Below, one piece after another: positions 14,945 through 30,086 of a stretch of 64,000 nt of DNA (positions are counted from its first letter, which is position 1; every line of letters begins with the position of its first letter). A model generated the notes under the pieces. The model saw nothing but the letters and a program-made list of their open reading frames with translations. It did not search any database and was not told where the DNA came from. The stretch is from the human T2T-CHM13v2.0 reference genome, Homo sapiens: assembly GCF_009914755.1 (NCBI RefSeq), contig NC_060928.1. One strand, given 5' to 3'. The position numbers were made by a program, and so were the translations under genes.

Positions 14945-15400
14945 CTATTCACAGTAGCAAAGACATGGAATCAACCCAAATGCCCACGAAGGATAGACTG
15001 GATAAAGAAAATGTGGTACATATACACCATGGAATACTATGCAGCCATAAAAAGGAATGAGATCATGTCCTTTGTAGGGACATGGATGAAGGTGGAAGCC
15101 GTAATCCTCAGCAAACTAACACAGGAACAGAAAACCAAACACCTCATGTTCTCACTTACAAGTGGGAGCTGAACAATAAGAACACATGGAAACAGGAAGG
15201 GGAGCAACACACACTGGGGCCTGTTGTGGGGTGAGGTGAGGGGAGGAAGAACATTAGGAAAAATGGCTAATGCATGCTGGGCTTAATCCCTAGGAGATGG
15301 GTTGATAGGTGTAGCAAACCACCATGACACACATTTACCTATGTAACAAACTTGCACATCCTGCATATGTACACCAGAACTTAAAATAAAAATTTTAAAA
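14945..15400 (+). mobile_element. Short L1PA10-13-like 3' end inserted in L1PB
   Basis: GCTAATGCATGCTGGGCTTAAT...GGTTGATAGGTGTAGCAAACCACCATG; TSD ATAATCTAGCTGA / ATAAGCTAGCTGA. Confidence 0.85.
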
Positions 15401-17269
15401 ATAAGCTAGCTGATAATAAAATCAAGAAGACAATTTCATTTACAATACGAACAACAATAACAAAAAAATACCTAGGACTAAGTTTAACCAAAGAGTTATT
15501 ATAAAAAATCTCCAAAAGGGAAACTACAAAACACTGATGAAAGAAATTGCAGATGATACAAATGAATGGAAAAGCATCCCATGATTGTAGATCAGAAGTA
15601 TTAATATTTTTAAAATGACCATACTGCCTCAAGCAATCTACACATTTAATGCAATCCATATCAAAATACCGACATGAATTTTCACGAAATCTGAGAAAAG
15701 ATCCTAAAATTCATATGGAACCAAAAAAGAGTCCAAATAGCCAAAGCAAACCTGAGCAAAAAGAAAAAAGCAGGAGGGATCACATTCCCTGACTTCAAAC
15801 TATACTATACAGCTATAGTAACCATAACAGCATGGTACTAGTATAAAAATAGATGCACAGGTCAATAGAAGAGAATATAGAACACAGAAATGAAGCCACA
15901 TTTTTATAGGCAACTGATCTTTGACAAAGTCAACAAGAACATACGTTGGGAAAAGGGTACCCTTTTCAATCAATGGTGCTAGGAAAATTAGATTGCCATA
16001 TGCAGAATAATGAAACTTGACCTGTATCTCTCACCATATACAAAAATCAACTCAAGATGGATTAAGGGTTTTAATGTAACACCCAAAATTGCAAAAATAC
16101 TAGAAGAAAACCTAAAGAAAACTCTTCTGAACATTGATCTAGACATAGAATTTATGACCAAAACCTCCAAATCACAGGTAACACAAACAAAAATAGATAA
16201 ATGGGACTTAATTAAACTCAAAAGCTTCCACCCAGTGAAAGAACTAATCAACAAAATGAACAGACAGTCTGCAGAATGGGAGAAAATATTTTCAAATTAT
16301 TCATCTGACAGGGACTAATATCTAGAATGTGCAAAGAACTCAACAGTAACAACAAAAAAACCTCACAAATAATCCCCTTACAAAGTAGAAAAAGGGCATG
16401 AATAGACATTTTTTCAAAAGAAGACATATAACCGGCCAACAGATATATGAAAAAATGCTCAACATCACTAATCATCAGAGAAATATAAATCAAAACCACA
16501 ATTAGATATCATCTTACCCTTGTCAGAATGGCTATTATTAAAAAGACAAAAAATAACAGATGTTGGCATGGATGTAGAGAAAAGGGAACTCATACACTCT
16601 TGATGGGAATGTAAATTAGAACACCCTCTATGGAAAATAGTATGGAAATTTCTCAAAGAACTAAGACTAGAAATACCAATTGATCCAATAATCCCACTAC
16701 TGGATATCTACCCAAAGGAAAAGAAATTAATATATCAAAAAGATAGCAGCACTTGTATATTTGTTGCAGCAATATTCACAATAGCAAAGATATAGAATCA
16801 ACTGAAGTGTCTAACACTGGATGACTGAATAAAGAAAATGGGGTATGTATCACAATGTTATACCATTTAGCTATGAAAAAAAATGAAATCATGTCTTTTA
16901 CAGCAACATGAATGGAACTGGATGTCATTATTTTAAGTGAAAAGAGCCAGACACAGAAAGTCAAATATCCCATGTTCTCACTCATAAGTGGGTACTAAAA
17001 ATGTGTACACATGGACATAGTGAGTGGAATGATAGACAATGGAGACTTGGAAGGTAGGATGCACGGAGCAGAGTGGATGATGAGAAATTACTTAATAGGT
17101 ACAATGTATGTTATTCTAGTAATGGATATTCCAATAGTCCTGACATGACCAGTAGACAATCTATGCATGTAATATAGTTGTACTTCTACCCCATAACTGA
17201 AACAAACAAAAAAAGACAAATGTAAACATACTTTCTTTCCAAAAATACACAAAGAAAATAAATAATAAA

Positions 17270-17487
17270 GAGTGATGGTTGCCTGTGGTTGGAGTCAGAA
17301 ATTGTATTAATTTTAAATGGGAAGTAAAGGACCTTGTTGGATTGATGGCAATTTAGGAAACTCAATTGTAGTGATGATAAAGGTTATGAAATTCCACATT
17401 AACAAAAAAGTCATTGAATTGTAAGCTTAAAATGGGTGAATTTTATCGTATGTAAATTACGCTTCAATTAAGTCATTAAGAATAAAG
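17270..17487 (+). mobile_element. Old L1M 3'UTR end (L1MB/L1ME-like)
   Basis: TCATTGAATTGTAAGCTTAAAATGGGTGAATTTTATCGTATGTAAATTA. Confidence 0.7.
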
Positions 17488-17599
17488 CCCAATTATTATA
17501 CCTCTGATTGTCAGTGTAAAGTCTTGGATGTCTATGCAATTCTAATATTCAGTAATTTAAAAAAATGCTACATGTGGCAGCAACTGAATAGATTGTTTT

Positions 17600-17915
17600 C
17601 TTGTACACAAAGATAAACCATATTTCCCAGTTTTATAGTTCTTGTGTGATCAGTTCTGGCCAAAGAAATCTAGATAGAACTAGATACAGCATTTTCTGGC
17701 TTGGTCTTTTACACTGATTTCTCTCAACCTCATCCATGGGGGTGAAAGCAAATAACTTTGAGATATTGGAGACACACAATGGGAAAAGCACAAATCTGAG
17801 TGTGCCCACCTGCATCAAGATATACACATAAACAAGAAATTGTTATGATGTTAAGGCATTGATAGTTGCAGATTACTGTTACCACAGCTCAGCCTAGCTT
17901 GTCCTAATGTGTTAC
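17600..17915 (+). mobile_element. Degraded MLT1 MaLR LTR fragment
   Basis: CAGTTCTGGCCAA, TGTTACCACAGCTCAGCCTAGC. Confidence 0.45.
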
Positions 17916-19084
17916 ATTTGGTATTCTATAAGACATCTGTGTTATCCAAATCCCTACTCTGATCACTATTCATTGTTTATATTCTTTTCTCAAGATAATT
18001 TTTCATAACCATGTTTATTTGTTTATTTGGTATTCTTTGCACACATCAGCATTTTTGCATTGACTCACTTTTATATTGAAGTATGCCAGAGTTGATGAGA
18101 TATCATTCTTCATTTTCTAATCAGAGTCATGCCTAAGGAAGTGATTTTTGTTGATTGTATTTATTTTCAGCAAATATGAATTGTGATACCTATGTGTGAT
18201 TTTGAACTGCAATAGAAATTACCTTTAAAAATTAATTTTAAAAATGATGACACAACTGGAAGCAGAAGATTATGGGTAGGAAGACAAGTTATTATGTGTT
18301 TGTGAGAGAAGTCACCTAAAATGAAGCCAACCAAGAGGAGAACCTAGATAGCAAGGTTCAGAGAAGGGATTCCAAGTACATAGAGGCAGCATGATTTAAT
18401 GAGAATGTGGGAGAGGTAATATGGAGAAATGGGAAAGAAAATATGAAGGGGTACTCATGATCAGTACGTCTGGCATAGGGAGCAGAGAGAGTATCAGACC
18501 AGAGACTTCTGGAGCAGAGCCATATATAACCTGTCTACTTCACGGCCTGTGGGAATAGGGTGAATTTGAACAATGAGGGGTTTGTGAGTTAATTCAATGT
18601 TCCAAGTAACTGAATCTTCTTTCACTATATTAATCCTCCTAGATATATGTATATATTTTTATTTTGTGAGTTAATGAAGATTAGATCCTTTTGAATGATC
18701 CTTTCCTGGTAATAACTGAAGCCTGAGTCTTCTCTGGGAACACTGCTTCTCTCACTTTCTACCTACTTTAGAGGCAGGAAGAAATTTGGCAACAATCTTG
18801 CTCTCCATTGATTTTCTAAATGAATACTCCTCTACCTATGCATAACATGTGTCATTTAATGCTCTGCTATCAGATTACATAGTTTACTTTTTTCAGTGCT
18901 ATTGTCTTCTTCCAATTTCCTGATCTTTTTCCTATAAACTTAGACTTGGCCCTTATGAAACAACTTCTCCATCATTATTCACATCCTGATCTTGAGTTAT
19001 TTCAATATTCTTATTGATTCAATTAGCACAGTAGCCTCTCCTCCTTAAATTTTCATCTCTAAAATCATCACTTCTGGTAGTGTT

Positions 19085-19505
19085 TTGAAGAAAGATTGAC
19101 GGTCAAGACCAACAGATCTAGGTTTTATATTAATGGAAGGGATCCAGACACAAAAAGTACATACTCTATCATTCCATTTAAATAGAACACCAAAACATAC
19201 AAAACTCGTCTTTGAGATTAGAAGTCAGAAAAGTGAATGGGGTGCTAGCGGGTATTTGGGGGCACTGCAATATTATCTTTCTTAACCTGGGTGCTTGTTA
19301 TATGAGTGTGTTAATTTGCTGAAAAGTAATCAAGCAAAAAACCTATTGTATGTACACTTTAATATATGCATTGTATACTTCAATAAAATATTTCTAAAAT
19401 AAAAAAGATCTAGATTTAAATTTTGGCTCTACCTAGTATTTGTTTTGGAATTATAAGCAAGTTAATTAAGCAGTCTGATCCTCAGTTTCTTATTCCGTAA
19501 AATAG
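19085..19505 (+). mobile_element. MIR split by an L1ME fragment
   Basis: GATCTAGATTTAAATTTTGGCTCTACC...GCAAGTTAATTAA...CCTCAGTTTCTTATTCCGTAAAAT core. Confidence 0.55.
19128..19405 (+). mobile_element. L1ME 3' fragment
   Basis: CAGACACAAAAAGTACATACT...TTAGAAGTCAG...TATACTTCAATAAAA; flanked by AGATCTAG(G/A)TTT. Confidence 0.75.
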
Positions 19506-22500
19506 TCCCCAAACCCATTCTGGTGAACATTCCATTTTATGGGAAAATTAAAAACACAGAATAAATGGTTGTATTACCACTACGAATACTAGGAAATCTG
19601 TCAATGATCATTATTATAACAATTATTGATTTAAAATAACCTACTTCATCAAAACAACCTCTGTGACCAGAACATGAACTGTGTCTTATTTTCAAATATT
19701 TAAGCTTTGAAATTTTTAAGCCTCTAATATTTCATATGACAATAAACTTTTCTTCAACTCTTTTACTTTGATGCTCCCAGTGCTCCTGTGAGTACAGGCT
19801 TTACAGCCAGGCTTTATGAGCTCAAATCCAGGCTTCACTCCTGCATTTGCTTTTTTTGTTATGTGGCCTAGATTCTAGGATTCATTTTTCATTTTTAAAT
19901 CTCTTGTTACTTGTCCCCAGCCACATCTATTCTAAAACATGGTAGAAATCCTATTTTATTTAACTATGTATCTCTGGAACCGAGCACTCTATAGATAGTC
20001 ACAGAGAAATATGAATTCTTAGAAGGTATTGGAAGGATTTTTTTTTCATCAGAATCTAAAAAGGAAAAGATGTCAGTTTAAGGTACTATAATTGTTCCAT
20101 ATAAAATCTTACAAATAAGGGGAGGACCTGGGAAAGGGAAGGCCGCCAAATTCAAATTACGTAATATTTTACAAATCAAGAAGGGTCATTTTCATTACTA
20201 ACAAAAAAAAAAAAAAAAAAAGGACACCACTGCTCCATTTGAATGGCATCAACAAAGTAGGGTAGGTTTAGAAATCAGGAACGGAGTTGCTACACTGGCT
20301 GGAAACTGTCACAGTTATGATGGAATGTGTATTTTTGTACTTTGGTGAAACAAAAGAGAATTCTCTGATTGATGAGTTGCAGGAAGTAGAGGTTGGATGT
20401 CCTAAGCCAGACAACGTAATAGCAACATAAAACTTGAGCTTGCTTCTATTTATCTCTCTTTGGACAGGTGTCCCTGGTCTTTTGTAAGTTGATCATCTCT
20501 AGAAAAAAAAGTAAGGAAACAACTAACATCCTTGAGATATTATAAACTTCTTATGGACAAAATACGATTTTACTTGATTCCTTATATGTTCCAACGAAAG
20601 CAATAGAAAGTGCTTGATTAATATATGTTGATGTCATTTTGTCAGCGGAATGCAGAGCAAAGTGGGAAATTAGAATAAGCATGTGGCTCAGTCTCTCATC
20701 ACCATGGCTTTTAGTCCTGGTAGGATAATTAGAATGTAGAAGCATTTGTTGAGAACCTAAGGAGTCTAAGTTACACTAACAACTTTCTAAATGACCTTAA
20801 ACTGTGAGCATAATGATCTTATATATGCATTTTGCTGTAGCATGTGGTTTATTTCTTCTTAAAAGCCATGATAAAATATTTATGACTTTTAATATTTATA
20901 TATTAGTCCACAGGTTGAAAAATGAGACCAGAAGCCACCTGCAAGACTGATATTTTTCCATTATTAGAATTCTTAGTTCTGATCAATATGTATCCCTCTA
21001 TGTTATCTCAGTATCCATTTGCCTTATTTTGTTTATTTAACATCATCTATAGTTTTAAAAGACATTTTGGGATGGTTTATCATTAATTTATCATTTAGCA
21101 TCATAAAATGTTTATTTCCTTTTAGAAAATATAAATCATTTTCTCTAAGAACATCAAGTGTGTGATTATAAAGTATATGGTACAAAAAGGAGAGCTTATT
21201 TTATGAGTGGAATGAAATCAGCACTTTAACTTAATTTCTGTCATAAGATTCCATATGTGTATGTGTTCTCCATGTAAGCTTAATAATATTGAGGGAAACA
21301 GACTATTTATGTGTTATTTTGAAAATCTTGTGAACGTAATTTGTGTTTCATATCATATAAAGACAAAATGGCCATAGCTAGCTGTGAATAGATGAGTCAA
21401 ATTGCAATCATCAAACCAAAAAAAGAAATTTCACCAACTTCCATCTTTCTTCTCACTCCTCTGTGCCAGGTCTCCAGGATCTCCAGTGAGTTCAAGAAGA
21501 ACAGGACATTTCCAAGGCCTTGCAAAGGGGGTTGCTGTCATTGGATTTCTAAGAAAATTGGCCCAATTATATGTCTGGGCACTTCCCTAGACTGCAGAAG
21601 TCAGTAGAAAAGGAGGAGGGGAACAAAGGAAAGATCAAGAGAAACAGGCAAAGAAGGCCTTATTGCTTTGTGGTCATAAAGAGAGAGACATGTTAGTTGG
21701 CTTCACGCTTCTCATTGGGTAAAGTGGTTGTGCAATTTGGCTTGATATCTACTCAGCTAACAAAAATATATCTATTGTGTTCTAAGACTGCAAAGCACTC
21801 TTTGTGAAATATATGATACTATAATAAGCTGTACTATTTTGCTGGCAATAAGCTTCAAAACAATTTACAAGCATTTCTTTCTTCGTTCAGAACCACCTAG
21901 TAGTGATGGAGGGAAAATTACGTAATTCCTCAAGAACCGTATTTCAAATCAAAAGGACTTATTTAGACAATGTCAACTTCTGTTTTGTTTATTTCTTTTT
22001 TAAAGCAGCCTACTATATGAAAAAAATCAAAGCTTTGGCAATGTTTCTTTGATAACTGATCTATCATAAAATGGATAAAAATAAAAGAAACAGCCATTTG
22101 CAACTGACTGCAATCATGATACAGCTGTTTTCTTTTTACAAGTAAATAAATCAATGAACACATAGTAGTTAAGGCTATTGTGGAGCACAGTTCTAAGTGA
22201 CTCTCCTACAGACAAGTTCAGCAATTTTTCAACATATTTCCATGGTCCATTCTTAGCTAAAAATCTCCACTTTTTTGCTCCTGCAAGCAGTCATTCAACT
22301 AATGAGTTTTATGAAGACCTGTCGTTCATTTGGCCTATACTAAAGAAGTAATTTAACATTGCATAAACAAAAAGAGGCTTTAACAAACACTATAGGAAAA
22401 GAAAATTCATCCACCCATAAATTCAGTCCTTTACTCCTTACTAAATGAAATCTTCAGATGATATAATTTCTTTTCCAATGTAGAGGCTGTTATTTACTTT

Positions 22501-23929
22501 TGCGTTTAAAGGCTAGACATTTTCTGCTTCTACTATCTTTGAACATTGCTATAATGTTAAATATTTGAGGAGTTGCCTCCGAACTTGCTGATGATAGGAA
22601 ATACTTCAAAGGGAGTCTGTTTCCTTCTATAAAGGAAAATAAATCTTAGTTTATGCATTATATTTCACCCTGCTTGCTCCACAATAGACAGAACCTGATA
22701 TCAAGTAAAAACATTTGGTATGCATATTTTTTGTAAATACTAAGATCTTTGAGTTGTATTTTGCATGCAAAGTTACTGATTCATCCATCCAAATTCACTC
22801 ACACATTTGTAACAGACATACATAATGTAAACAAGCTAAATTCAGAAACTGAAGCAGAGCCTATGGTATTATCTAAGACACATGTAGAAATGTGTCTAGC
22901 CCAAATTTGGGACTGGTAATTATAAACAAATTCCTCATAATCACAAAATATCCTGTGTACAAAGGTAACACATATCAACATGCTACAAGGGAATTTTGCC
23001 CTGCAAAAATATAACTTATAGAAATATGGGATTTGTGGTTGAAGAAATTGTTTTGAATCTTGGGAGAAAAAAAAGGTTTAGCTGTTATAAGGTCCAAATG
23101 TTTCATACAAAAAAATAACTTCTTCCAGCATTTTGGACAAGCCATTCCAAGATGTGATCAAGTAATTTAAAAAATAACTTTATAAGCAAGCCAGGAAGTA
23201 GAAATGAAAGCAGTAGCAATAAACTGCTAAAATCTGAGAAATGTTAAGGATCCTTATAAGGTCTAAAAGATAAGAATGCATAATGAATACAAAATTATCT
23301 GTTGATAGAGAAGATGATGTATGTAGTGACTGTATGAGTCTTCTGAGTTTACGAAAGTAGAAGCTAATCTAAGACACTTCAATTATACTTACCCATCTGT
23401 AATTGTACTTAGTAATATTTGTAATTATTGTCTTTATGTATGATGAGTTTCAGTAGTCATAAAATGTTTTATAAATTGATAAATATAATCTTCACATAAA
23501 AGATGAGAAATTTAGTGAGGGATTTAATATAAGGGCTATAGTCAAAGTAAGCTAGATTAAGGCATGAAAAAGTAGTATAATATGGTATGATATCTGTCAT
23601 ATGCATAATGAAAAGTTTCTCTGGGCATAAAGTGATACTATATCCTGGAGAATGGTATTTATATTAGAAACACAAATATTCTGCCTGATCGACTTCTAGG
23701 CAGGTAATTTTTAACTAGCGTTATACTCATCCTGATAAAGTTGTTCTAATAGAGCCACATTTTAGAGACTTAGTGTTTTTCACTGTAATCCCATGGTTCT
23801 GTTGCCATGGCTTTTCCTTTGACTCTTGTTTCCACTCTTACAGAACATAATCGTAATTACTATTTTATATTGATCAGTTTCTATGTACTAAAATTTTTGC
23901 TTAATTTTACTAAAGATATCGTGGCCTAG

Positions 23930-24418
<489 letters not shown>

Positions 24419-25238
24419 GAACTGAAGTATTTTTCTGCATCCTATAAACAAAGCATGATTGAAATCTAAGCAATGAAACTTTTTTGTTTTTTATGCCCCT
24501 GTTACTTTTATTGTATCAATAAAAGATTTTGCTTAGAACTGAATTGGATAAATGGCATTTTGCTGCAAAAGAAAGACCAACTTTTCAGTTCCAAAGAATT
24601 TCACATACTCCATGCTGGTATCAGAAGTCTTTCTTTATGGAAAAGAACTATGGGGAAGCCACAGAGAAACAAAAATCTCGTATTTGGAGCCCGCTGGAGG
24701 CTTCAGGAATATGAAACAATGACTTCAAGTATAAGATAATTCCTCCCATTGTTCAGTTGGATTTATTGGATTCATGTTCATATGTCTAATTGTATGAGCA
24801 CCAATTCCTCACAAATAAGAATCTGCACGGACATACAAAAACTGTATCTATGGCAGAAATATTATCACATGCTCATCCTAGCACTGAGCACAGACAGAGG
24901 CTTTTAGTAAAGGAAAACTTTTATCATACTGTACTACATCCGTATAAGAGCTATGCAACCCCAATAGAAAGGGATTCCAGTTTGGATTTAATAACAACAT
25001 CTTAATTTTGCTTTGCAACTTGTAATTAACAAAATGTTCTTATATTTATTATCTCACTTGGATTTTTATAGGAGGTATCTTTTGTATTTTATTAAAAAAA
25101 AATTACAGCGTGCCTTAGTGTTGTTTCAAGCTTTGCCAGGATTTTTTCTGTAGTGGCAGAACTCATGAGTTTTAGAAATGAGAAATTTAATCACGTTTTT
25201 TTTTTTTAATTTGACCCCAGAGTTGTTTTTAATTTATA

Positions 25239-25847
25239 CAGTAAGTTCTCACTTAATTGATAGATTCTTGGAAATAGTGACTTTAAGTGAAATGAAGTAT
25301 AACAAAACCAATTTTACCATTGGCTAATTGATACTAAAACAAGAGTTAAATTCCCACAACATATTCCTGGTCACAAAGCATCACCAGACTCCTAAATAAT
25401 GACCCAAAACATTTCTAATATGAAACATTGAAATATATGTGAGCCATACATAAAGAATGATTAACAAAAACAAGTAAGGTAATTGTTTACCTGCCTATTC
25501 TAGTTCAGGGTTATGGGTGGCCAGATCCTATCCTAGCAGCTCCTTGTATAAGGTGGGAACCAGCCCTGGCTAGGACACCATTCCATCTCAGGGTGTATTC
25601 ACAAATACCCACAGTGACTCACACTGGGATTATTAGATATGCCAAGTCACCTGATGTCCATACCTTTGAGATACTTCCTTCTCTGGGTGGAAACCAGGGT
25701 ACATGAAAAAAACCCATGCAGACATGGGGATACCATGTAAAGTCCACACAGACAGTAGTCCCAGCCAGGAATCTTTTCCTTTTTCTCATCAATGTTACAA
25801 CAAAATGATGTTGAATGACTTGAATGACATTATTCAAGGTCTTGCTG
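25239..25847 (+). mobile_element. MER82-like TcMar-Tigger non-autonomous DNA transposon
   Basis: TA|CAGTAAGTTCTCACTTAA ... TTATTCAAGGTCTTGCTG|TA: imperfect TIRs with TA TSD; internal AAACCCATGCAGACATGGGGA. Confidence 0.85.
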
Positions 25848-26649
25848 TAATTCTAAATCATTTTAGTGGTGGCAGGATTCTTACTGAGATTCCTCTGATA
25901 GTTGTTTTTTCAGTAGTATAAGTTAATATTCATTTATTCTTAGATTGAATTGTTTAATAAAATGTGTTGAGATTCTTATACGCCAGACACTGTGTTAAGC
26001 AGAGTAGGTATAACAGAGGAACATGTGAACAATTTAGGGAGAAATTAATGAATCAGTAGGAGATAAAAAAGTTTCTGTAGAGGAAACTACGCTTTGTAGC
26101 TGATGCGAATAAATGATTAGAAGTAAAAAAATAATAATTTATATGAGTCTATTTAGCACTTAGAACCTGAATCTTGTGAAAAAAATATATCATATTATTT
26201 CCTAAAGGAAAATGAAGGCTTTTCCTCACAAAACCAAGAAGGACGTCTACATGCTAAAGCAGAATGGTTCTGCTTGAAAGGGTGGGAAATATCTTGCCTA
26301 CTTGCCCTTTTCCGTTTTTCCAGAATTTCTCCTGTGCCATCTGTTAAGAGCTCTAGGGAAGATCTCTACTGGCTACCAACCCTGGATACCATATATGATA
26401 TGTTTCTATATCCTGCCTTAATTTCCTTAATGGTGAAGATTTATGTCAGTCAGTGTTCAACACAATTTAGTAGCTATGAGAGCAGGAGAATAACTGGTCC
26501 AAGTTTTGACTCTTCTTGAACTTGCTGCAATTTTTCCATTCGATCAATATAAGGAAATCATGATTAATGCGTAATGTTTCATTTAATATACATAAGTGGG
26601 AAAAATGTTGACCTCTGATGACTGGTTACAAATGACTCGAAGAAAACAA

Positions 26650-26693
26650 AAATCAATAAAGAAATTAGCTAAATCGATAAAGAAATTAGCTAA
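26650..26693 (+). repeat. 21-bp tandem duplication
   Basis: AAATCAATAAAGAAATTAGCT AAATCGATAAAGAAATTAGCT. Confidence 0.9.
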
Positions 26694-26773
26694 CCTTGAG
26701 TTAACTCCCAATATTTTACTTATTTGCTTTACTCTCAATCTTTTTGTTCTTGGCATATTTACTTATGACCTAA

Positions 26774-27092
<319 letters not shown>

Positions 27093-27484
27093 AGTAACCA
27101 AGATCTTTTCTACATGCATTTATCTCTCCAACTTAGCCTCTCAATCACAATTCCTGCCTGTAGGCATTCGATGAATATAAATCCTACCCAACTCAGAGTC
27201 CTCAATAGCACATTTCTTAGGTATTACTCTTTTTCTGTCTTTCCTCCCTCTCATTTATTGAGCAAATATCTTATCCTAAACAAAGGGCTAAACATTTAAT
27301 ATTCATTATAACATGCAATATGTTCAATATCTCTTTGAAGTAGGTCAGATCAGACAAAGATGAAGATCAGATGAAGCTTTTAGACTTTTGTGTGGCCTAA
27401 TATTAGGCCTAATAGTTAATCCATCACAGAACCAGAATTAAAGCTAAATCTACTTGAATCTAAAGTTATATGAGAGACAATTAA

Positions 27485-27890
27485 TTGCTCCCCAATATCC
27501 GACCTTCCTTTCTCTATGATAATGAAAGTTTCATATAAGCAACTGTATGAACTGCTTTCTTTGCTCCAAGAAGAGGCCACATGACTAGGTTCCACTTGAT
27601 GGACATGGTGGTACAACTTCTGGGCCAAGAGCATATTGAGAAAGAAAGTGCTTTCCCTTATTGCTTTCTCCTTTGCCACTAGCTGGAATACAGTCATCAC
27701 GGAGGGAGCCATCAAAGGCCACTTGGACCTTGAGATCAAAGCTGAGTGTTCAGGATGGCAGAAGGGTAAGTCAGGAGATAAGCCAGGTTCTCAGCTCTAT
27801 CAGGTTGCCATATAAGTGATGGACTCCCTATCCAGAGTGAACACAGCATTTCTGGTTCGCTTACAGCAACATAACATTTATCCTAACAAA
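27485..27890 (+). mobile_element. Degraded MLT1 MaLR LTR
   Basis: GGCCACATGACTAGGTTC, AGCTGGAATACAG, GGATGGCAGAAG. Confidence 0.5.
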
Positions 27891-29096
27891 GCAGACCATG
27901 CTCTAGGACTCAATTAGAAAGTAAGAAGAGGCAATATGAAACAGAAAGCATGTAGTAGTCATCTTTAAGGGGGTCACTGAAATAGTTTGAGATTGTTTGA
28001 TAATTGTATGTAGTGAGAAGAAAGGGAGGGAGAAAAGGAACCCAAGTTGGGGAACATTCATGATTACCAATAATAATGGCCTTCACAGCAGTATTGACAA
28101 TTCCACTCTGGGTGAGTGAGTGAGGATTTAAAAAGCAATATGAAATGTCCAAAAGAATTTTCATTCAAGGAATGATGGTAATGTATAACATGTAATGAGA
28201 CTAAGAGCAATCTGCCTAGAAAAAAAGAAACAATGAGAATAGTCCAGAATGCAGGAATGAAATGAATTAGGTAGGAAAAATCTGAGAAAATATCCTATAC
28301 AGCCCATTTTCTCAGAGCCTGTTACGTCGTCTCTGGGTCTGTTGCAAATACCTTTTATTTGTAAACTGTTTAGATGAAATCAATTTTAATGAATGTGTTC
28401 CTTATTTTCTCACCGACTAATAATTTGGTTAATGATTTCCTTTTTATATGAATATTAACAGTTGCCTTGTTTTTAATGCTTTAACATTTTTCAAAGAAGC
28501 TAACTCTTCAGCATTCGGCATTTTATTGACTTCGGAATGCAACTCTCTTCACTTAAATTATATTTTGGGGAGATTTATTATCATTTTGAAATATTGAGCA
28601 GGAAATTTTAAAAGTAGGACAACTATATTTGGTATCCAATACAACTAGTAACGATCAACTGAATTAATGTGTTTTCTAGTTAATGTGCTTTCTAGACTTA
28701 TAGCAGATCTGATCTAACACCATTAAATTCACTCAAGAATCAAAAACATGGTTGACATCTAAGCCATAGAATTTTTTTAAATGGTGGGAAGTAAATCCAG
28801 TAAAGACAGAAAAATGATTGACTTGTTATAATTAACCATCGATCATACTGGAGGGGTATGAGTAAATTGGGCATTCCCTTAGATGAAGGGTTTTCCTCCT
28901 TATTAGGAATTCAGACAATGAAATATTATTTCTCTGAGGTTTTTGCTAAGATTGCTTATGCTGTTTTCTTCTCAGATTAAATATCATATGAAACACAGTA
29001 ATTCAATTATTTGGACTCTACAATAATTTTAAAGGGATGATGTTATTTGAAATACTATAATAATCTGGGGAGGGGAAAAGCATCAAATGCATCAGT

Positions 29097-29911
29097 TATT
29101 TAACTGAAATTACAGAGTCAAACTCTGTAAAACATTTGAAGAGATTTATTCTGAGCCAAATATGAGTGACCATGGCCTGCAACATAGCCCTCCGGAGGTA
29201 CCCATGTGCCCAAGATATTTGGGGAGAAGCTTGGTTTTATACGTTTTAGGAAGGCATGAGACATCAATCAAATACATTTGAGAAATACATTGGTTTGGTC
29301 CAGAAAGGCGGGACAATTCGAAGTGGGGCAGCGGAGGTGAGATGGGGAGGTGTTTCCAGGCTATAGGTAAATTTCAACATTTTCTGATTTACAGTTGGTT
29401 CAATTGATTGAGTCTGTCTGAAGACCTGGGATTAATAGAAAGGAAAAGTTCAGGTTAAGATAAAAGAATGTGGAGGTCAAGTTCTTTGGAAGTCTCATAA
29501 TGGCTGCCCTTAGAGACAATAGATGACACGGTTCCTATTCAGACCTTTAAAATGTGCTAGACTCTCAGTTAATCTCTTCAGGATTGAGAGGGCCTAGAAG
29601 AAAAAGATCTCACTATGTAAATAAAGATTCTTTACAGATGCAAATTCTTCCCTACAAAAGACAGCTTTGCAGGGCCATTTCAAAATATGGCAAAGAAACA
29701 CGTTGTGGAGTAAAATATTTTGATTTTCTTTTTGTCATGTAATGTTATGCCAGAGTTAGGTTAGAAAGTAAGTCATGATATATAGGGTTAAATAAAACCC
29801 ATCTAATGAGAATTTATGGTTTGCAGGGCATGACTCTCCAGACCCCTAAGATAGGAATTTGGGCAAGATAAAAAAAAAAAAAAAGAAAAAAAAAACGTTG
29901 CTTAGTCCTCA
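29097..29911 (-). mobile_element. MER4E-type ERV1 solo LTR
   Basis: Reverse strand starts TGAGGACTAAGC...ATCTTGCCCAAATTCCTATCT and has MER4 end GCTCAGAATAAATCTCTTCAAA. Confidence 0.88.
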
Positions 29912-30086
29912 GTTTCCTTGTTTTCTTTTGCCCTCAAGTTTTGGAAGTAATCAATTCCAATGAAAATTCTTTGAAAACTTCCCAACTCATCAAAAATAAC
30001 AAGCTGTCTTTATAAAACATAGATGCTGAGGACAGTTTGACTATGGGGGAAAGATCCTTCAGGTATGGGGTCAAGAGACCATATTT

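Noticed and set aside
17215-17270. Possible 3' transduction after the L1PB tail
   Set aside because: No clear TSD; can be explained as a decayed A-tail plus host L1M sequence
26650-26693. Repeat pair as a CRISPR-like or functional array
   Set aside because: Two adjacent copies without spacer; simple slippage duplication in a eukaryotic genome
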